Part shown: positions 16,257 through 24,000 of the stretch, piece after piece | How the letters are laid out: every line of letters begins with the position of its first letter | How positions within the stretch are numbered: the first letter of the stretch is position 1 | Source of the DNA: Candidatus Pelearchaeum maunauluense | GTDB lineage: Archaea; Thermoproteota; Nitrososphaeria_A; Caldarchaeales; Caldarchaeaceae | Reading direction: 5' to 3' | Length of the DNA: 24,000 nt | Assembly: GCA_030059675.1 (NCBI GenBank) | Contig: JANVYQ010000013.1 | Location: 219-24,218 of the forward strand | The notes under the pieces: model-generated | The model's database searches: none | Told to the model about the DNA's origin: nothing | The model's input: only the letters and a program-made list of their open reading frames with translations | Made by a program: the position numbers and the translations under genes

Positions 16257-16535
16257 TTAGGGTTTTGTTATTGTTCTTAGCTCTTCGTGTAATGTTGTGA
16301 GGGCTTGGGCTAGTTTTGTCTCTCTTCTTAGGGTTATCAGCTTAACGCCTTCCAGGTTTGCCGACTGTATTAAGCCTAGGTTTTCCAGGTTGGCTGTTAC
16401 CCGCGCTACTGTTGATGGCGCCAGTCCTGTCATCCTCGCGAGGTGGTTTTGGCTAAATCCCTTGCCGCGGTTCTCTATCAGGAATTGTATGAGCTTGGCA
16501 TGTGCTTTTGATGCGAATATCTCGTCAAGCTTCAT
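16257..16535 (-). CDS. Winged helix-turn-helix (MarR/ArsR-like) DNA-binding protein
   Basis: 92 aa; LIQFLIENRGKGFSQNHLARMTGLAPSTVARVTANLENLGLIQSANLEGVKLITLRRE HTH-wing pattern. Start four bases from the pyrH stop. Confidence 0.75.
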   Translation of the reverse strand: MKLDEIFASKAHAKLIQFLIENRGKGFSQNHLARMTGLAPSTVARVTANLENLGLIQSANLEGVKLITLRRETKLAQALTTLHEELRTITKP

Positions 16536-16538
16536 GCG

Positions 16539-17228
16539 CTATCCCCTTACTATTGTCCCAGCGCTTCTGCCGAGTATAGCCTCCCTGACCGTCTCCAGCT
16601 TGCTGCCATTCACGTAGTAGAGCGGTATCTTGACTCTCTTTAGCATGGCGAGGCCTACGGCATCTATTACTGGATACTCGCCAGCCCGCTGTGAGAAGCC
16701 CTGCATCATGCTCTCCAGCTCCTCGTAGGAGAGCTGCTTTATGAGCCGCGCATCTTTTGAGCGCTTGGGGTCTTCTGTGTATATTCCATCAACGTCTGTC
16801 GCGACTACTATCCGCTCCGCTTTTATGAGCGAGGCCGCTAGGGCTGAGACGGCCATGGTTGACTGGCCTGGCTGCATGCCTCCTGTTATTACTATCTTTC
16901 CCCTGCCTGTTAGGGTTTTTAGCTCTTCCATGGATGTTGGTATTGCTTGCTCGGCCGTGTCGCCTAGTGCCAGTGCTAGGAGCTCCGCGTTGGCTCTTGT
17001 GAGCCTTACCGCGAGCATGTCGCATCTTGTTTCATCAGCCCCCAGCTCTCGCGCGGCCCTTACGTAGCGTCTAGCGACATGGCCGCCGCCGACCACGATA
17101 ACCCACTTACCAGAGCCATCATAAAGCTCGCGGATGAGCCGCGCATACTCCCTAAGAAGTCCGATATCCACATCCTCACCAAAGAGGAGGTGCCCGCCCA
17201 GCTTGATGACTATGTTCAAAGACCCCAT
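16539..17228 (-). CDS. pyrH: Uridylate kinase, archaeal type
   Basis: VIKLGGHLLF, VIVVGGGHVARRYVRAARELGADETRCDMLAVRLTRANAELL, VITGGMQPGQSTMAVSALAA, ATDVDGIYTEDPK. Confidence 0.93.
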   Translation of the reverse strand: MGSLNIVIKLGGHLLFGEDVDIGLLREYARLIRELYDGSGKWVIVVGGGHVARRYVRAARELGADETRCDMLAVRLTRANAELLALALGDTAEQAIPTSMEELKTLTGRGKIVITGGMQPGQSTMAVSALAASLIKAERIVVATDVDGIYTEDPKRSKDARLIKQLSYEELESMMQGFSQRAGEYPVIDAVGLAMLKRVKIPLYYVNGSKLETVREAILGRSAGTIVRG

Positions 17229-17390
17229 CCAAGGGTGTTTTGGGTGTATGAGAGGCTTAAAGGGTTAACGTCTCTCGGTGGGGAAACCTATTTTATTAAG
17301 GAGAGGGATTCTTAGGTTTGATTGAGTGGGTTGAAGCTGGCTTTGCATAGCCTATCCTAGTTGGTGGCTCCTTTTCTGCGGGGTTTCTTA

Positions 17391-18653
17391 GCCATGAGTT
17401 TATCGGGGAGAGATTCGGTTACCCTTTACAAGTTTAGGCGCATGCTGGAGGAGTTGGAGCGGAAGCAGGGCAGGGGGACGGAGCTGGTAACGCTCTACAT
17501 ACCGCCTGACAAGCAGATATCCGACGTAATCTCTTATCTCAGGCAGGAATACGCAACAGCGTCCAACATCAAGTCAAAGCAGACACGAAAGAATGTGCAG
17601 GACGCTATTGAGAGCGCCATACAGAGGCTAAAGCTCTTCCCATCACCAGGGAAGACGGGCTTGGTGATATTCAGCGGCGTAATACCCCAGAACGGCCCTG
17701 GAACCGAGCGTCTAGAGGTTTATCATATAATACCGCCTGAGCCGATATCCATATTCCTATACAGGTGCGACAGCAGGTTTCATGTGGAGCATCTGAAAGA
17801 CCTTTTGAAGGAGAAGGATGTCTACGGCGTTATAGCGATTGATAACGAGGAAGCCGCTATAGCGGTGATTAAGGGGCGTAGCATAGCTCAGCTAAAGACA
17901 TTCACCTCTGGTGTTCCTGGGAAGCACCACGCAGGAGGCCAATCGGCGCGGCGTTTTGAGCGCCTAAGGGAGATGAGCCTAAACGAGTTCTACAAACGCG
18001 TAGGAGAACACGCCAACGAGATTTTCCTACAATATCATGGGATTAAGGGGATAATAATAGCTGGCCCTGGGCCTACGAAGGAGATATTCGCTGACGGGGA
18101 TTATCTCCACTATACTCTCAGGGATAAGATACATATCGTTGATACGGCTTATTCGGGTGAGAGCGGCGTACGCGAGGCTATAGCTAAGTCTTCAGAGTTT
18201 CTACGCGAGCTTAGGCTTGTTGAGGAGCAGAAGCTCATACAGCAGCTTATGTACGAGGTTACGCGGCCAGATAGCCGCGCGGTGTATGGCGAGAAGTATG
18301 TCCGCGAGGCTCTTAGGAAGAATATGCTGGAGAAGCTCTTCATAATTGAAGATTTGGATAAAAACGAGGTAACGCTGACATGCCAGAACTGCGGCAACAC
18401 CAGCATCTTCACACTTAGCCAGGAGGAGATGCAGTCCGAGCTTCCCAAGAGGCTTGGGGAGCCGTGCCCCAAATGTAATAACTCTACTATGACGATTAAG
18501 GAGATTAAGCCGCTTATAGATGTGCTCATCTCGGAAGCGGAGAACATGGGGACGCGTATTGAGCTAATCTCCTCGGAGCATGAGCAGGGCGAGATGTTTA
18601 AGAGAGCGTTCCAGGGGATAGCTGGTCTTCTCCGCCATCGGGGAGGAAACTAG
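17391..18653 (+). CDS. prf1: Peptide chain release factor aRF1
   Basis: TLYIPPDKQISDVISYLRQEYATASNIKSKQTRKNVQDAIESAIQRLK (NIKS motif), PGKHHAGGQSARRFERLREMSLNEFYKRVGE (GGQ motif). The ORF track start is 17361; I prefer ATG near 17391. Confidence 0.95.
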   Translation, partial: AMSLSGRDSVTLYKFRRMLEELERKQGRGTELVTLYIPPDKQISDVISYLRQEYATASNIKSKQTRKNVQDAIESAIQRLKLFPSPGKTGLVIFSGVIPQNGPGTERLEVYHIIPPEPISIFLYRCDSRFHVEHLKDLLKEKDVYGVIAIDNEEAAIAVIKGRSIAQLKTFTSGVPGKHHAGGQSARRFERLREMSLNEFYKRVGEHANEIFLQYHGIKGIIIAGPGPTKEIFADGDYLHYTLRDKIHIVDTAYSGESGVREAIAKSSEFLRELRLVEEQKLIQQLMYEVTRPDSRAVYGEKYVREALRKNMLEKLFIIEDLDKNEVTLTCQNCGNTSIFTLSQEEMQSELPKRLGEPCPKCNNSTMTIKEIKPLIDVLISEAENMGTRIELISSEHEQGEMFKRAFQGIAGLLRHRGGN

Positions 18654-18657
18654 CTGT

Positions 18658-19554
18658 ATGGATAAGGCGGCTCTGCTGGGCCATTACAGCAGGCCAGATG
18701 TGATGGAGAGCATCATAGCATTCTCACGCGGTAGGTGGCTAGCCCTACACTGCGCGGAGCGCGGCAGCGATGGAAAACCAAAAATGGTTAGATACGAGCC
18801 TAATGGCAGAACACCACTAAAAATAAGCAACACGGAAGACTTTAGACGCGTGCTGCTCAGCTGCGACACGCCACGAACATTCTACGCCTCTATACATAGA
18901 TACTCTCTGCTGGAGAGGGCTGAGGATGTGCGGGACATGGATAACATAATATCCACTATGCCCACATGGGATATAGACCCTGTTGATGGATGTTGGGAGG
19001 ATGTTGTAAGGGCTGCCGTGAGTTTGGTTGGTGTTTTGGAGGAGCTGGGGGTTTCGCGCTCGGTTATTGTGAAGTGGAGCGGCGAGGGCGCTCATATCCA
19101 TATACACGGCGAGGCGTTCTCCGAGGATGTTAGGAGGAGATTCCATCCACTAGATATAGCATACGCGGCAACCGAGTATGTCTTACATAGGGCTGGTGAA
19201 ATTCCCCTAGGTGTGAAGGTAGAGAATAAGATTGACCCCCAGCGGGTATTCACCTGCCCGCTCTCCCTGCATAGAGAGCTTAACCGCGTATGTGTATGCA
19301 TAAACCCCAGCGAGCTATACTCGTTCAGCGTGGAATGGACTAGCCCAGAAAACTACCGCCATTATCAAGGCTGGCAGGAATACGTGGATGGGGAGGCCGA
19401 CGAGCTGGCCGAGAAAGCGCTACAAGCCATAGGCCCATACCCGCACCACGCGAGACGGAGGCAGCGGCGAAGGCATCCGCCACTAGACCAACACATAACA
19501 AGAACCCTGCAAAAACTATCAGGAATCGCTGAAGATGATGAAGGAGCTGGGTAG
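18658..19554 (+). CDS. Archaeo-eukaryotic primase superfamily protein (PriS-like)
   Basis: TWDIDPVDGCWEDV (DxD metal motif) and IVKWSGEGAHIHIHGEAF (SGxGxHxH motif); LGVKVENKIDPQRVFTCPLSLH matches the third primase motif region. 4 bp after prf1. Confidence 0.75.
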   Translation: MDKAALLGHYSRPDVMESIIAFSRGRWLALHCAERGSDGKPKMVRYEPNGRTPLKISNTEDFRRVLLSCDTPRTFYASIHRYSLLERAEDVRDMDNIISTMPTWDIDPVDGCWEDVVRAAVSLVGVLEELGVSRSVIVKWSGEGAHIHIHGEAFSEDVRRRFHPLDIAYAATEYVLHRAGEIPLGVKVENKIDPQRVFTCPLSLHRELNRVCVCINPSELYSFSVEWTSPENYRHYQGWQEYVDGEADELAEKALQAIGPYPHHARRRQRRRHPPLDQHITRTLQKLSGIAEDDEGAG

Positions 19555-19563
19555 AAACTAGGG

Positions 19564-20763
19564 CTATGTCTCCAGCCCGAATTTCGTCTCCCACATCTGT
19601 TGCGCCAGCTTCCCCTCGCGGGTGAATAGGTGATATTTTTCCCGCGCCTCCTCCCGCGCCTCCTGATGCCTCTCCAAGAACTTAACAACCTTCTCTATCA
19701 GTATCTCCTTCATCTCACCGCTCAGCAGCTTACCGCTCATATAGTCCTGGCGTAGCTGCTCCACCTTCTTGTCGTCTTCCTCAAAGAAGTAGTATAGCCA
19801 CTGGTACGCCACGTCCACGTCTGGGTTTCCACCGTATTTGCGGTGTAGCTCTACCGTGGGCTGCCCACCTGAGAACGCTTGCCATATCTTCTTCCTCACG
19901 CTCTTAGCATCATCATTTAGGAAGATTGCCGTCTCGCGCTGCGATGCGCTCATCTTACCCTCAGGCCCGCTCAGCGGCATCAGGAACTTACTATGTATAG
20001 CGGCCGTCTTGAAGTAGCCTAGGCTCTCAGCTATGTCGCGCTGAACACGCCAGTACGGGTCTTGGTCTATCGCAGCGGGTATGAGGCAGCGCCTCCTCTC
20101 AAAGAACGCTGGGACTATCTGGATGGCTGGGTAGAATATCATGCCGATGTTCGTCTGGTGGTCAAAGCCGAAGACAGCCCTAACCCAGCTAAAATTCACC
20201 TTCCGCGCAACCCTGATGGCGAGAGGATACATATTCCCGATGAAGTCAACATCCTGGAAGATGAAAGTCCTGTCTGGGTCAAAGCCAACAGCTATGATAT
20301 CCAGTATATTCTCATAAGACCAGCGCCGCGTTTCCTCAAGCGTCAGGCCACGCTTCTCCTCCAAGAACTTCTCGTCATCAGTTATCTGGATGTATAGGTT
20401 GACTTTGAAGCGTTCCTGTAGCCATTTGGTAAAGTGGAAGGGAATTATATGCCCTATGTGCATGGGGCCGCTCGGCCCCCTGCCCGTGTATAGGAAGAAC
20501 CCCCTCCCAGCCTCGTAGTCGTCTAGGGCATGGTTTAGGTCGCGGTGGGAGAAGAATATTCTACGCCGCAGCATGTGGTTGCTTCCGCCCGCCAGGCTCA
20601 CCAACCGCTGGAGAAGCTCGTCGGTTATCAGCTCCGTCCCAAACTCCTTGACAAGCCGCTCATAATCTACCTGGCCCCTAACCTCCCAGGGGGTTACGGT
20701 AAAGTCTGTTTCTTGTTTATTGTTTTTGGGCTGTCCAAAGAGAGCCACCTGCCATGCCCTCAC
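19564..20763 (-). CDS. trpS: Tryptophanyl-tRNA synthetase
   Basis: GRGPSGPMHIGHIIPF (HIGH), ITDDEKFL, FDHQTNIG, PLSGPEGKMSASQRETAIFLNDD (KMSAS). Confidence 0.95.
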   Translation of the reverse strand: MRAWQVALFGQPKNNKQETDFTVTPWEVRGQVDYERLVKEFGTELITDELLQRLVSLAGGSNHMLRRRIFFSHRDLNHALDDYEAGRGFFLYTGRGPSGPMHIGHIIPFHFTKWLQERFKVNLYIQITDDEKFLEEKRGLTLEETRRWSYENILDIIAVGFDPDRTFIFQDVDFIGNMYPLAIRVARKVNFSWVRAVFGFDHQTNIGMIFYPAIQIVPAFFERRRCLIPAAIDQDPYWRVQRDIAESLGYFKTAAIHSKFLMPLSGPEGKMSASQRETAIFLNDDAKSVRKKIWQAFSGGQPTVELHRKYGGNPDVDVAYQWLYYFFEEDDKKVEQLRQDYMSGKLLSGEMKEILIEKVVKFLERHQEAREEAREKYHLFTREGKLAQQMWETKFGLET

Positions 20764-20832
20764 CTACCTCTGGCCATCGGGCTCTGTGTGCGGTTCTTAA
20801 AAACGTTTCTAGACGATGGAGGAGACTGATAG

Positions 20833-21219
20833 CTATCGCTCCTCAACCGCCACGCCCTGCTCTCTGAGCAGCTCCAAGACCCTTTCCAGATGCTCATCCC
20901 TGACTAGTATGTGGTCTGTTGAGTAGGATGAGAAGACGAGTATGGGGATTCTCTTCTCTGCCAACATACCCGCGACGCAGGCTAGGAATCCCACGGTCTC
21001 AAACGGGATTACCGCGTCAAACGTCAGGACACGCCAGCCGAGGCTTGCTTCTATAACACTCCCCTCGTCTTATCTAGACTGCTCAACCACTACGGTTATC
21101 TCCCTCTTATCAACTATGTTGGCCAGCGCCTATGGGTGCGGCTTCCTAGATTTTATCACCGCGAACCTCTCCCGCCAGACATACGCCCTAGCATCGCCGA
21201 GATAGCTGCTCAGCCCCAC
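20833..21219 (-). pseudogene. ACT-domain protein gene interrupted by two in-frame stop codons
   Basis: One continuous minus-strand frame: (V)GLSSYLGDARAYVWRERFAVIKSRKPHP[TAG]ALANIVDKREITVVVEQSR[TAA]DEGSVIEASLGWRVLTFDAVIPFETVGFLACVAGMLAEKRIPILVFSSYSTDHILVRDEHLERVLELLREQGVAVEER*. TAG at 21130-21132, TAA at 21070-21072. Confidence 0.72.
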
Positions 21220-21245
21220 ATAATCTTGAGAGGCTCCAGGAAATA

Positions 21246-22169
21246 TTATCCTTGTCTCAGCGTTTCGTAGAGCATCTGCTTAAAGAGGATGGAATTCGCC
21301 TCGCGGCAGATTATCGTATTCGGCTCACGGTGCTTCATGACTACTGACGTGCCTCGCATTATGGTGTCTGCCCTGTCTATAACCATGAGCATCTCCTCCT
21401 TGCGTGTTATTATCTCTGGGTTTAGGGCTGCCGCCACTGTTAGCGGGTCTGGGAGGTAGATTCCTGGGAAGCCCTGTGTCTTTGTGAAGCTGAGGAGCTG
21501 CCGCGTTATCTTCGTGAAGAACTCCGCGGCCTCAGTCTTCCACCCTCCCACAGCGCTAACCTCCTCCTCATAAAGGCCACCATGCCGAACAACCACATCC
21601 CAGCCCACTACCAAGGGCTTAAAGCCAGACTGCAACACGATATGCGCGGCCTCAGGGTCAACCCAGAAGTTATACTCAGCGGTGGGCGTTACGTTCCCCA
21701 AGCATGTGGGAGAGCCTCCCATTACGTAGAGCTGCCGTATCTTCTTGGGCAGCTCCTCGTCTAGGCGTAGGGCCAGCGCTATGTTGGTGAGCGGCCCTAG
21801 GGCTATTAGCGTATACTCTCCTGGGCTTGAGTTGGCCAGCTCCACTATCGCCTGTGCCGCGTGCTTGTTTTCTGGCTGTATTGTGGGCTGGGGTAGCTGG
21901 CTATTACCCATGCCGTCGAGTCCATGAACCTCGTGGGCGTAGCGCCACGTCTTCACCAGTGGGCGGCGGCACCCAGGATAGACTGGCACCCTACCCCTGG
22001 AGAAGCGCTCAACAACATACAAAGCATTTCTAACCTCATGCTCAAACTCCACATTACCAGCAACCACTGTCACCGCATCAACCCTAGCCTCGCGGCTCCT
22101 CAAAGCCATCAACAGAGCCACCGCATCATCACTCGCAGTATCAGTATCTATTATGAGCTTAAGCAACAC
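21246..22169 (-). CDS. Inosine/uridine-preferring nucleoside N-ribohydrolase
   Basis: KLIIDTDTASDDAVALLMAL (DTDxxxDDA), AVTVVAGN, GMGN, LGPLTNIALAL, MGG, EYNFWVDPEAAHIVLQS, WDVV. Confidence 0.93.
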   Translation of the reverse strand: MLLKLIIDTDTASDDAVALLMALRSREARVDAVTVVAGNVEFEHEVRNALYVVERFSRGRVPVYPGCRRPLVKTWRYAHEVHGLDGMGNSQLPQPTIQPENKHAAQAIVELANSSPGEYTLIALGPLTNIALALRLDEELPKKIRQLYVMGGSPTCLGNVTPTAEYNFWVDPEAAHIVLQSGFKPLVVGWDVVVRHGGLYEEEVSAVGGWKTEAAEFFTKITRQLLSFTKTQGFPGIYLPDPLTVAAALNPEIITRKEEMLMVIDRADTIMRGTSVVMKHREPNTIICREANSILFKQMLYETLRQG

Positions 22170-22290
22170 CGCACCACCATCACACTCTCCTAACTATAGT
22201 AATGAATATTTTGTCTAGGGGGAGAGTAGCCATGCTAGATAGCTGCTTATATACAGCCTCCTATTAAAAACTGTTGGAGAGGATTCTATC

Positions 22291-22512
22291 TTGTCGGAGG
22301 AGCTTCCTGAGATGCTTAAGATTATGCTTGAGCTGCGTAAGGAGATGAAAAGGCCAGAGAAGAGGATAGGCTACATGCGTTTGAAGAGGTTTGTGGGCGA
22401 GATGCATGGCTACGAGGATAAAACGAAGAACGCTCAACTTGAGAACGCGGCTGTTGTAAATACGGGATTTGAGTCATCTGCAAGGGAATCCGTAATGCCA
22501 GAAGTCTGGTAA
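22291..22512 (+). CDS. Hypothetical small protein (73 aa), weakly supported
   Basis: Open reading frame with charged residues (MLKIMLELRKEMKRPEKRIGYMRLKRFVGEMHGYE); no family recognised; separated from nucleoside hydrolase by a divergent intergenic region. Confidence 0.35.
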   Translation: MSEELPEMLKIMLELRKEMKRPEKRIGYMRLKRFVGEMHGYEDKTKNAQLENAAVVNTGFESSARESVMPEVW

Positions 22513-22605
22513 GATTCTTAGAAAAGGCGAATATTTTCCAGTTAAGCCTCTTAAGACAATCATAAAAGGGAGCTATGCTCTTTCTGGCTGGTAGATGAGA
22601 GAGGG

Positions 22606-23037
22606 ATGAGTAGCGCCATAGTCAGTAAGCGTTTCTCGGATGAGTTCTCGGCGCTCCTTGACAGAACCGTCAAGGTGGCGACTAGTCACGGAACTTACGA
22701 GGGCCGCTTGTTGGCTTACAACCCAAGCGATTATAGTGTGTGGCTCTCCGACGCCAGGGACGAGAGGGGCGGGAGCCTTCCAAAGGTCTTCATCAACGGC
22801 CAGAGCATATCAAGGATAGAGCTTCTTGAGGCGGGGCCAGACATGATGAAGCTCGTTGAGCGTCTCAACAGGCTCTTCCCAAACCTAGTTACATACCTTA
22901 GGGAGAGCGATACCATCCTCGTGATGGATAGGATTCGCGTCACGCGGAGCGGCGTGGTTGGCGAGGGGCCTGCGGCTGAGAAGGTTAAGCGGGTTTATGA
23001 GGAGTTTATGAAGGAGGAGGAGGCGAAGAAGGGCTGA
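22606..23037 (+). CDS. SmAP3-like Sm-like archaeal protein with C-terminal extension domain
   Basis: FSALLDRTVKVATSHGTYEGRLLAYNPSDYSVWLSDARDE...KVFINGQSISRIELLE gives an Sm-like fold pattern, followed by a ~70 aa C-terminal domain. Confidence 0.65.
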   Translation: MSSAIVSKRFSDEFSALLDRTVKVATSHGTYEGRLLAYNPSDYSVWLSDARDERGGSLPKVFINGQSISRIELLEAGPDMMKLVERLNRLFPNLVTYLRESDTILVMDRIRVTRSGVVGEGPAAEKVKRVYEEFMKEEEAKKG

Positions 23038-23144
23038 AGACAGGCTTCCGACAGCCGTCATACGCGCATACAGTAGCAGCAGGGCTATTCTAGTCCCTTT
23101 ATGAATAAATTCTGCTTTCACAGCTTGAAGAGGGCGAGGACTGT

Positions 23145-23780
23145 ATGTCTGAGGCTTTCCGAAAGGCTCTGAACCACATACAGGAGCAGAAGAAGAAAGG
23201 AGTTGAGGATGTGGTTATTCAGGAGAAGCTTCCAGAGTTTAGGGATGGCGCATTCGTGGTTAACCGCTACATACCATCAAACCCGCCCCTGCTGGGGATG
23301 GCCGCGAAAGACCTCAAGCTGGACATTAACAGGGAGAGTCTACGCCTCGTGGAGAAGTTCGCGAAGAGGAGGGGGCTTACGATGAAGGTCTCTGGCGATG
23401 ATATATTCCTGGTGAATAAGGAGGGCGCGCAGGTTGCGTGGCTTAAGCGCGACACCTATGCGGCGGCCGATCCAGAGTTGTTCCAGGATATTGGGAAGGT
23501 GCTTTACAGGGTTTCGCCTGACCTGCTTAGCGAGCTGGAGCTTATGGATGGATGGCAGGCCGCGGTTGCGCGCCTGCTGGCCGACCGCCGCCTCCTAGAC
23601 AAGCTCTTCGTCGCAATCTTCTTCCTAATCTCACCTTTCCTCTGGACTACTCTTGCTCTCTTCCTAACCCCATCGCTGGCGTTTCCGCGCGAGTTCCTGA
23701 TAGGCGCTGGCGTTGTAGGGCTTGCGCTAACCGCGTACCTCGTGAGGCTATACCTGCGCGAAAACTTCCCAAAAGGATAG
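23145..23780 (+). CDS. Conserved hypothetical protein with C-terminal transmembrane helices
   Basis: 211 aa; C-terminal hydrophobic segments LFVAIFFLISPFLWTTLALFL and FLIGAGVVGLALTAYLVRLYL. Confidence 0.6.
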   Translation: MSEAFRKALNHIQEQKKKGVEDVVIQEKLPEFRDGAFVVNRYIPSNPPLLGMAAKDLKLDINRESLRLVEKFAKRRGLTMKVSGDDIFLVNKEGAQVAWLKRDTYAAADPELFQDIGKVLYRVSPDLLSELELMDGWQAAVARLLADRRLLDKLFVAIFFLISPFLWTTLALFLTPSLAFPREFLIGAGVVGLALTAYLVRLYLRENFPKG

Positions 23781-23781
23781 T

Positions 23782-24000
23782 CTAGGGAGCGTATCCCAGC
23801 GCGGCCTTCTGGTCAAAGAGGGCTGCGCATGAGTTGCAGCATAGGTAGTATTCCCGCTCCTCTATCGTCCTCTTTATCGGGCGTCCCTCAATCTCCTTGC
23901 CGCATACTACGCAGAAGACTCTTATCCCCGCGCCTGGCTTCAGCCTAGGCCCAGGCTCGTCTTTGAGCACGCCTACGACGATGTTCGTCCTTATTCCCTG
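23782..24000 (-). CDS. Small CxxC...CxxxC zinc-binding (TRASH-like) protein; 5' end may lie outside the window
   Basis: VFCVVCGKEIEGRPIKRTIEEREYYLCCNSCAALFDQK. ORF track start is GTG 23970, but the frame stays open to the window edge (QGIRTNIVVGVLKDEP). Confidence 0.6.
   Translation of the reverse strand, partial: QGIRTNIVVGVLKDEPGPRLKPGAGIRVFCVVCGKEIEGRPIKRTIEEREYYLCCNSCAALFDQKAALGYAP

Noticed and set aside
18149-18547. 132-aa minus-strand ORF opposite prf1
   Set aside because: Ser-rich antisense shadow of the aRF1 C-terminus, including its zinc-ribbon region; no independent signal.
20942-21205. 87-aa plus-strand ORF
   Set aside because: Antisense shadow of the ACT-domain coding sequence on the minus strand.
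1-24000. CRISPR array, toxin-antitoxin or restriction-modification cassette
   Set aside because: No regularly spaced repeats and no recognisable cas, RM, Abi or TA motifs were seen on either strand.

Overview
The window is archaeal chromosomal DNA, most likely Thermoproteota/TACK. That assignment is an inference from family content and from tRNA introns at non-anticodon positions. It is dense with core genes: rad50 (partial)-mre11; a tandem SagB-type dehydrogenase; a class V aminotransferase; a minus-strand block srp54-pus10-rpl21e-rpo4-DUF655-rpl10e-rnhA; a membrane-anchored Ig-like protein; an NAD-dependent epimerase; acnA; a CBS protein; a wHTH protein; pyrH; prf1 with an AEP-primase-like gene; trpS; a nucleoside hydrolase; an SmAP3-like Lsm protein; and a small Cys-cluster (TRASH-like) protein. 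The most unusual part is about 11.68-12.82 kb, between a tRNA-Ala and acnA. The tRNA-Ala(TGC) carries a 29-nt intron inside its T-stem. Next to it lies a nest of remnants absent from the supplied ORF list: a LAGLIDADG homing endonuclease gene split by a ~225 bp structured insert whose right part resembles an IS200/IS605 TnpB 3' end/omegaRNA, abutting a truncated and frameshifted LSm gene and an L37e ribosomal protein gene with an apparent 12-codon internal deletion that removes one zinc-ligand Cys. A second intron-containing tRNA (Leu-CAA, 30-nt intron in the D-arm) and an ACT-domain gene with two in-frame stops were also found. No CRISPR array or defence cassette was recognised.
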